From an uncultured Hyphomicrobiaceae bacterium (GTDB lineage Bacteria; Pseudomonadota; Alphaproteobacteria; Rhizobiales; Rhodomicrobiaceae), in contig CAZNAH010000002.1 in assembly GCA_964570735.1 (NCBI GenBank), positions 9,994 to 50,030 of the forward strand: a stretch of 40,037 nucleotides of DNA, in the 5' to 3' direction. The first letter of the stretch is position 1, and the number at the start of each line of letters is the position of its first letter. The position numbers and the translations under genes are program-made. The notes under the pieces were generated by a model that had not been told where the DNA came from, did not search any database, and saw only the letters and a program-made list of their open reading frames with translations. This document shows positions 34,757-40,037 of the stretch, piece by piece.

Positions 34757-34786
34757 ATCCTGATATGATTTTATTATTTTCAGGAT
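34757..34786 (+). terminator. AT-rich hairpin after the operon (weak terminator candidate)
   Basis: atcctga-N16-tcaggat forms a 7-bp stem with a T-rich loop. It starts immediately after the stop at 34755. Confidence 0.3.
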
Positions 34787-34811
34787 TGTGATGAATCAGA
34801 AAGGACGCCTG

Positions 34812-34961
34812 ATGCCTGCGATACCTGACAAAGACGCACGGTGCCAACGCATCGAAGCGCGCATCGCCGCCGGTCAGGGCGTATGTGAAAGCTGCCGGGA
34901 GGAAAGGGTCTCAGAAAAGACGCTTTACCGCTGGCGCCGAGCGCGTTCGAAAGCAAGCTGA
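34812..34961 (+). CDS. 49-aa HTH-like peptide (transposase/recombinase N-terminal HTH remnant?)
   Basis: Not in the ORF track because it is under 60 aa. The ATG at 34812 lies 6 nt after AAAGGA. MPAIPDKDARCQRIEARIAAGQGVCESCREERVSEKTLYRWRRARSKAS carries the ..SEKTLYRW.. pattern common in IS/recombinase HTH domains. Confidence 0.3.
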   Translation: MPAIPDKDARCQRIEARIAAGQGVCESCREERVSEKTLYRWRRARSKAS

Positions 34962-35143
34962 TCGGCTTTTCATCTATCACTTACAGAATTCCGCAATCGA
35001 ATCCCGGTATTGCAGCATATTGATCCTTAATTGCGTGTTTTGCGCTGGATTTGAAAATTCGATTTATGTAAGGGAGTAAATGAATTGGACAGCTTTGTGC
35101 CTTGGCCGTAGGTCAGCTGCACCGCAACCAAGGAGTAAGAAGC

Positions 35144-35773
35144 ATGAGCTTGCACATCGGCGATATCGCCCCTGACTTTACCGTGGATACCACCACCGGC
35201 CCGATTTCCTTGCATGACTGGGCGGGTGACAGCTGGGTGTTCTTCTTCAGCCATCCGGCCGATTTTACCCCGGTCTGCACGACCGAGATGGGCATGACCG
35301 CTCGCCTCGCGGCCGAGTTCGACAAGCGCAACGTCAAGCCGCTGGGGCTGTCGACCGACACGGTTGAAGAGCACCTCGAATGGGTTAAGGATGTGGACGA
35401 GACTCAAGGCGTCACCCTCGCCTTCCCGATCGTGGCCGATGCCGATCTTTCTATCGCAAAGCTCTATGACATGATCCACCCCGATCAGTCCGAGACGGCG
35501 GCGGTGCGCTCGGTGTTCATCATCGATCCGGCCAAGAAGATCCGTCTCACCATGACCTATCCCATGAGCGTGGGTCGCAATTTCGACGAGATCCTGCGCG
35601 TCATCGACAGCCTTCAGCTGGCCGACAAGTCCCGCATCGCAACCCCCGCCGATTGGCGACCGGGCGATAAGGTCATCATCCCCCCCTCAATTCCCGACGA
35701 CAAGGCCAAGGAGATGTTCCCGCAAGGGTTCACCACCATTAAGCCTTATCTGCGCATGGTCGACCTCGACTAA
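35144..35773 (+). CDS. Peroxiredoxin, canonical 1-Cys Prx6 type
   Basis: The ATG at 35144 follows AGGAG. MSLHIGDIAPDFTVDTTTGPISLHDW...FFFSHPADFTPVCTTE contains the single Cys in the whole protein. Confidence 0.9.
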   Translation: MSLHIGDIAPDFTVDTTTGPISLHDWAGDSWVFFFSHPADFTPVCTTEMGMTARLAAEFDKRNVKPLGLSTDTVEEHLEWVKDVDETQGVTLAFPIVADADLSIAKLYDMIHPDQSETAAVRSVFIIDPAKKIRLTMTYPMSVGRNFDEILRVIDSLQLADKSRIATPADWRPGDKVIIPPSIPDDKAKEMFPQGFTTIKPYLRMVDLD

Positions 35774-35788
35774 AGCGCACGGGTTACT

Positions 35789-35850
35789 GGTTGCACCGCC
35801 TTGCGTCCCCATCCCCCTCCCGCAGTGGCGGTGCAACCTTCTTGTTTTGT
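35789..35850 (+). terminator. Rho-independent terminator candidate after the peroxiredoxin gene
   Basis: A perfect 12-bp stem, ggttgcaccgcc ... ggcggtgcaacc, encloses a 26-nt loop. It is followed by ttcttgttttgt. Confidence 0.6.
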
Positions 35851-35908
35851 GATTGTTTCTCGCGGTCAGCAATCGTGCTCCCTCATGCAACAGGCCCAGG
35901 TATAAACA

Positions 35909-37363
35909 ATGCTTGAAAATCTTGATGCGCTTTTGCTAGCCCGCATCCAGTTTGCCTTTACGGTAAGCTTCCACTTCATTTTTCCATCGTTCTCCATTGG
36001 GCTAGCAAGCTATCTTGCTGTGCTTGAAGGACTTTGGCTGAAGACGGGCAAAGCGGTCTACCTTGATTTGTTCAAGTACTGGATCAAGATTTTCGCCATT
36101 GCCTTTGCGATGGGCGTCGTATCGGGCATCGTGATGTCTTATCAGTTCGGCACCAATTGGTCTGTGTTTTCAGACATGGCTGGAGCGGTGATCGGGCCGC
36201 TGATGGCCTATGAAGTATTGACGGCGTTCTTCCTTGAAGCCGGCTTTCTTGGCGTGATGCTGTTCGGAATGAACAAGGTCGGAAAGAAGTTGCACTTCGC
36301 AGCGACACTGATGGTCGCTCTGGGCACTCTCGTGTCGGCGACCTGGATTTTGTCGGTCAACAGCTGGATGCATACGCCTGTCGGCTTTGAAATGGGAGCG
36401 AACGGTCAGTTTCTGCCAGGACCTAGCTGGTGGGATATCGTTTTCAACCCCAGCTTCCCTTACCGGTTGCTGCATACCGTGACCGCGTCTTACCTTACAG
36501 TGGCTCTGGTTGTCGGCGGAGTGGGTGCATGGCACCTGATGAAAGACCGCACCAACATTCATGCGCGTAAGATGTTCTCCATGGCGATGTGGATGGCCGC
36601 TCTGGTGGCGCCAACCCAAATATTTCTTGGTGACATGCACGGCCTTAACACGCTTGAACATCAGCCCGCCAAGGTGATGGCGATGGAAGGGCATTTCCAA
36701 AGCCACCCGGAAGGCGCGCCGCTCATCTTGTTCGGCATACCGAACAGTGCCGAAAAGAGGATCGATTACGCGCTGGAAATTCCCAAGGCGTCGTCCCTCA
36801 TCCTGAAGCATGACCTTGATGCTCCCATGGCGGGGCTCGATACGATCCCTGACGAGAACGAACCCCCTGTTGGCATCGTATTCTGGTCATTCCGGATCAT
36901 GATCTCCATTGGCTTTGCCATGCTTGGTCTGGGTGCCTGGAGCGTGCTCGCACGAATGCGCGGGAAACTATACGATTGGAGGCTTCTGCACCGCGCGGCG
37001 CTCATCATGGCACCAAGCGGGTTCGTCGCCGTGATTGCCGGGTGGATAACGACCGAAGTCGGGCGCCAACCTTTCGTGATTTACGGGCTGATGCGCACTG
37101 CGGACGCGGCGTCTCCGCTTGATGCCCCGGCCGTTGCCGCTTCGTTGCTGGCCTTCGTGCTCGTTTACTTTGCCGTTTTCGGCGTGGGCGTGTGGTACAT
37201 CATGCGCTTGATGGCCAAAGTCCCGCACGCAGGTGAACTCGATGCCAAGCACGGCGATACAGGGCCAATCCGTACCGCAGGGATTACGCCTGGACCAACC
37301 CAGAATCCGGGCGGCAAGGAAACTCTCCCCACTGAAGCACCGGTCGAGAAGGAGCCCGTGTGA
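35909..37363 (+). CDS. cydA: Cytochrome bd-type quinol oxidase subunit I (short Q-loop, CIO-like)
   Basis: LLLARIQFAFTVSFHFIFPSFSIGLA, GTNWSVFSDMAG and EVLTAFFLEAGFLG motifs. The length of 484 aa is consistent with short-Q-loop (cyanide-insensitive type) enzymes. Confidence 0.92.
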   Translation: MLENLDALLLARIQFAFTVSFHFIFPSFSIGLASYLAVLEGLWLKTGKAVYLDLFKYWIKIFAIAFAMGVVSGIVMSYQFGTNWSVFSDMAGAVIGPLMAYEVLTAFFLEAGFLGVMLFGMNKVGKKLHFAATLMVALGTLVSATWILSVNSWMHTPVGFEMGANGQFLPGPSWWDIVFNPSFPYRLLHTVTASYLTVALVVGGVGAWHLMKDRTNIHARKMFSMAMWMAALVAPTQIFLGDMHGLNTLEHQPAKVMAMEGHFQSHPEGAPLILFGIPNSAEKRIDYALEIPKASSLILKHDLDAPMAGLDTIPDENEPPVGIVFWSFRIMISIGFAMLGLGAWSVLARMRGKLYDWRLLHRAALIMAPSGFVAVIAGWITTEVGRQPFVIYGLMRTADAASPLDAPAVAASLLAFVLVYFAVFGVGVWYIMRLMAKVPHAGELDAKHGDTGPIRTAGITPGPTQNPGGKETLPTEAPVEKEPV

Positions 37364-38358
37364 TGGACTTGACCGTCATCTGGGCTTTCATCATCGCCTT
37401 CGCCGTGTTCGCCTATGTGGTGATGGACGGGTTCGATCTTGGCATCGGTATCCTCTTTCCGACATTTAGGGTAGGCAAAGGTCGCAATCGCGCGATGAAC
37501 TCTATCGCCCCCGTGTGGGACGGGAACGAGACCTGGCTTGTGCTGGGCGGCGGCGGGCTGTTTGCGGCATTCCCGCTCGCCTATGCGGTGATCCTGCCAG
37601 CAACCTATCCCCTGATGATCGCGATGCTGCTTGGCCTCGTGTTTCGCGGTGTGGCTTTTGAGTATCGCTGGCGTGACCCTGCGCACCAGAAGTTCTGGGA
37701 TACAGCCTTTTTTGGCGGCTCACTGGTCGCAGCGATGTCGCAGGGAATGATCCTTGGAGCCCTCTTGCAGGGCATCGAGATCGACGGGCGAGCCTATGCC
37801 GGGAGCTGGTTCGATTGGTTAACCCCTTACACCTTCTTGACCGGGCTTGGCACGGTTGCCGGATATGCCCTGCTGGGCAGCACCTGGCTGATCTGGAAAC
37901 TTGATGGCGGGGTGCAGGATCACGCACGCTATGTTGCCATGCGTGCCGCTTTGGCGACAATCGTGCTGATGGGGGCTGTGAGCCTCTACAACATCACGCT
38001 GAACGCCGAGTATGCTGAGCGTTGGCTGACGGCACCGGAAATCTATTTCGCAGCGCCAGTCCCGATCCTGACGGCCATCATAGCGCTCGCAATGCTTCGT
38101 GCGATAAAGGGTGACGGAAACTCGTCGCCATTCTGGCTGGCGCTGGCGCTGTTCTTCCTCGGCATGTCTGGTCTGGGCGTAACAATATGGCCCAACGTCG
38201 TCCCTCCTGGCATTACCATCTGGGATGCCGCTGCGCCTGAGCGGAGCCAGATCTTCATGCTGATCGGGGTGGCGATCACCATGCCGCTCATCATTGGATA
38301 CACCGCATGGGCCTATTGGGTGTTTCGCGGCAAGGTGGGTGACGAGGGGTATCACTAA
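37360..38358 (+). CDS. cydB: Cytochrome bd-type quinol oxidase subunit II
   Basis: [13 protein letters not shown] and [16 protein letters not shown] motifs. It overlaps the cydA stop (GTGATG). Confidence 0.92.
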   Translation: MMDLTVIWAFIIAFAVFAYVVMDGFDLGIGILFPTFRVGKGRNRAMNSIAPVWDGNETWLVLGGGGLFAAFPLAYAVILPATYPLMIAMLLGLVFRGVAFEYRWRDPAHQKFWDTAFFGGSLVAAMSQGMILGALLQGIEIDGRAYAGSWFDWLTPYTFLTGLGTVAGYALLGSTWLIWKLDGGVQDHARYVAMRAALATIVLMGAVSLYNITLNAEYAERWLTAPEIYFAAPVPILTAIIALAMLRAIKGDGNSSPFWLALALFFLGMSGLGVTIWPNVVPPGITIWDAAAPERSQIFMLIGVAITMPLIIGYTAWAYWVFRGKVGDEGYH

Positions 38359-38492
38359 TGCTGGCCCCTCCTGAACGCCAGCCTGAAGCCCCTCTGTGGC
38401 AGCGCCTCCTGTGGATGGCGGGCATTTGGGCCGCGAGTGTAAGCTCACTTGGCGCTGTCGCTTACATTATCCGGCTGTGGATCAAGGCATAA
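38358..38492 (+). CDS. DUF2474-like small membrane peptide following cydB (44 aa)
   Basis: Not in the ORF track because it is under 60 aa. Its ATG overlaps the cydB stop (TAATG). [44 protein letters not shown] has one helix, as in the small peptides encoded after cioB/cydB in other proteobacteria. Confidence 0.55.
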   Translation: MLAPPERQPEAPLWQRLLWMAGIWAASVSSLGAVAYIIRLWIKA

Positions 38493-38505
38493 AAGAGGCA
38501 CAATA

Positions 38506-39090
38506 ATGGACCATTTTCTGCGCAGCTCATCACTGACGTTGATCGCCCTCGCTTGCCTGACTGCCGCCTCTGGCTGCAGCCAGCCAGAGGCGGCATCAAA
38601 ACCCGATCAAGCCTTCGTCGGACGCGCGACGGCACTGGCAGATGAGCATCAGGCCAGCCTGCAAAAGGCACTCATTGAATCGATGTCGCAAGTGGGTCCG
38701 GTTGGTTCGATAGGTGTCTGTCAGTCAACCGCTCCTGCGATTGACGCAGAGTTGTCGACTACAAGTGGGATGCAAGTCAGCCGCATTGCACGGCGCAACC
38801 GCAATCCCGCAAACGCGGTGCCTGATGAACTGGCTGAACTTTATCAAGAGCTTGAGCAAGAACCCCTCGACAACGGCAAGCCGCGCTTCGTGACTGCCAC
38901 AATCGCAGACAAGCACGTGTACCTGCGCGCGATTCCCATGAAGGAACAGCCCTGCGCCGTCTGCCACGGGAATGATATTGCGCCAGAGGTGTCGAGCGCC
39001 ATCGTCGCCGCCTATCCGCAAGATAAAGCAACGGGCTTCCAGGCAGGTGAATTGCGCGGCGCCTTCCTTGTCAGCAAGCCAGCAAAATAA
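38506..39090 (+). CDS. DUF3365 (Tll0287-like) lipoprotein with a CxxCH haem-c motif
   Basis: The ATG at 38506 gives a lipobox LTAASGC. The motif sits in MKEQPCAVCHGNDIAPEV, and the C-terminus has GELRGAFLVSKP, typical of DUF3365. Confidence 0.65.
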   Translation: MDHFLRSSSLTLIALACLTAASGCSQPEAASKPDQAFVGRATALADEHQASLQKALIESMSQVGPVGSIGVCQSTAPAIDAELSTTSGMQVSRIARRNRNPANAVPDELAELYQELEQEPLDNGKPRFVTATIADKHVYLRAIPMKEQPCAVCHGNDIAPEVSSAIVAAYPQDKATGFQAGELRGAFLVSKPAK

Positions 39091-39197
39091 ACTGCGATCC
39101 CCCAAGCTTTGCCCATAATCGCAAGGTCTTGTGGAGGTAGCCCTGCGCTGAGCGACTGCACCGAATCTTTTATAGTCGTTCAGCCGAAAGACAACCG

Positions 39198-39662
39198 ATG
39201 ACCAAATCGCAATCAAATTTGATGCTCGCTCTGCTAGCGGGCGTTTTTGGGATTCTTCTCTATATTTCATTCGGCGCGGGTACGGCCGGACCCGCGAAAG
39301 CAAAATCGATAACAGAGGCCCAGGTGGCAGGAGACCCACGTGAAGCGGTCGTCCTTAATGCCGAACAGCACCAGTTTGCGTTAGAGCAGATGCGCGGTCT
39401 GCTGGTAACTATCCGCGATCTTGACGCTGCTGAAACGATACCCGATCAGGCGAAGGCGATAGAGTTGGCCCGCGCGCAAGGTCCCGGTTCAGGGAGCAAA
39501 CACCCCGATGGCTTTCATGAAGCCCTTCCCGAAGGCTTCCGGCAGATGAGCCAAGCCATGCGCAAATCATTCGCCGCCATGGCCGACGCGGCTGCGAAGG
39601 GCGATAAGCCCGCATACCAAAAAAGCCAACAGCAAGCACTGAACACCGTATCCATCCGGTGA
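39198..39662 (+). CDS. Membrane-anchored helical hypothetical protein
   Basis: 154 aa with an N-terminal anchor LMLALLAGVFGILLYISF, then a helix-rich soluble part (QHQFALEQMRGLL..., FRQMSQAMRKSFAAMADAAAKG). No family motif was recognised and there are no Cys residues. Confidence 0.4.
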   Translation: MTKSQSNLMLALLAGVFGILLYISFGAGTAGPAKAKSITEAQVAGDPREAVVLNAEQHQFALEQMRGLLVTIRDLDAAETIPDQAKAIELARAQGPGSGSKHPDGFHEALPEGFRQMSQAMRKSFAAMADAAAKGDKPAYQKSQQQALNTVSIR

Positions 39663-39680
39663 AGGCCGCACCCGTTTCTG

Positions 39681-40037
39681 TCAGCGGTCGCCGAGTTTGA
39701 CGATCCGTTTCGCTGCGGCGTTTCGGCGAGCGGCGATCCTGCCGAGGATACCGTTGATCGGGAATACATCGAGTTCGTCTGGATCGTAGTCGCCGAGCCA
39801 TTCGCTGACCTCGGCGTGATCTGGATGGTCCGGATCGTTTCTCGCCTCGAGCATTTCGTAGAACCCCGGGATGCCGCCGCAGTCCTCGGGAGGGCAGTTG
39901 CGCTCACCGGCGATGAAGCGCGGATATGCCGTAGAGCGATCCCCAGCTCGGACATCCCTGATGATCAAACTGTGTTCCCAGTAATCGCCGAAATCGTAGA
40001 CATAATGAACCGCCCCGGGATTGTCGGAGGCTATTTG
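39681..40037 (-). CDS. Plasmid pRiA4b ORF-3-like (PF07929-type) protein, partial (N-terminus beyond window end)
   Basis: The frame is open to the last base of the window. The signature is HYVYDFGDYWEHSLII...GERNCPPEDCGGIPGFYEMLEA. Confidence 0.7.
   Translation of the reverse strand, partial: QIASDNPGAVHYVYDFGDYWEHSLIIRDVRAGDRSTAYPRFIAGERNCPPEDCGGIPGFYEMLEARNDPDHPDHAEVSEWLGDYDPDELDVFPINGILGRIAARRNAAAKRIVKLGDR

Noticed and set aside
1-40037. CRISPR arrays, rRNA or tRNA genes, and obvious toxin-antitoxin or known defence-system gene sets
   Set aside because: No regularly spaced short repeats, no rRNA-like or cloverleaf-compatible segments, and no recognisable defence-gene motifs were found on reading both strands. 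Absence cannot be proven without covariance-model or HMM searches.

Overview
This is high-GC DNA of alphaproteobacterial (Hyphomicrobiales-like) type, a placement inferred only from codon style and gene families. The window splits into two parts. The first part (1 to about 15.8 kb) is very GC-rich and looks like core genome. It holds a cheA-cheW-cheR chemotaxis segment, an ABM-domain protein, and a decayed three-subunit GMC (gluconate-2-dehydrogenase-like) dehydrogenase operon. It also holds a decayed alternative haem-copper oxidase operon (cytochrome c, subunit II remnant, truncated subunit I/III fusion, small membrane protein, CtaG), a tctCBA tricarboxylate transporter, an SDR and a Crp-family regulator. 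The second part (about 15.8 to 40 kb) is visibly more AT-rich, mosaic, and dotted with mobile-element scars. It contains a truncated IS3/IS407-type element abutting a 5'-truncated RTX repeat protein. It contains a 5.8 kb block (NitT/TauT-type ABC transporter, metallophosphoesterase, second Crp-family regulator) bracketed by an exact 24-nt direct repeat next to a putative serine-recombinase tail remnant. It contains a minus-strand operon of 1-Cys peroxiredoxin, single-Cys ArsR, SAM methyltransferase, group II truncated haemoglobin and a small beta-barrel-like protein. Divergent from that operon is a sulfide-oxidation operon: MBL/persulfide-dioxygenase-like, split YeeE/YedE, DUF2892, DUF442, type II SQR, SulP and a putative outer-membrane protein. 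Further on are a second 1-Cys peroxiredoxin, cytochrome bd (CIO-type) cydAB plus a DUF2474-like peptide, a DUF3365 CxxCH lipoprotein, and a partial pRiA4b-ORF3-like gene at the window edge. No rRNA, tRNA or CRISPR array was recognised. The best candidate for something undescribed is the peroxiredoxin/single-Cys ArsR module facing the sulfide operon. The repeat-bracketed cassette is second. All family assignments come from motif recognition by eye, not from database searches.
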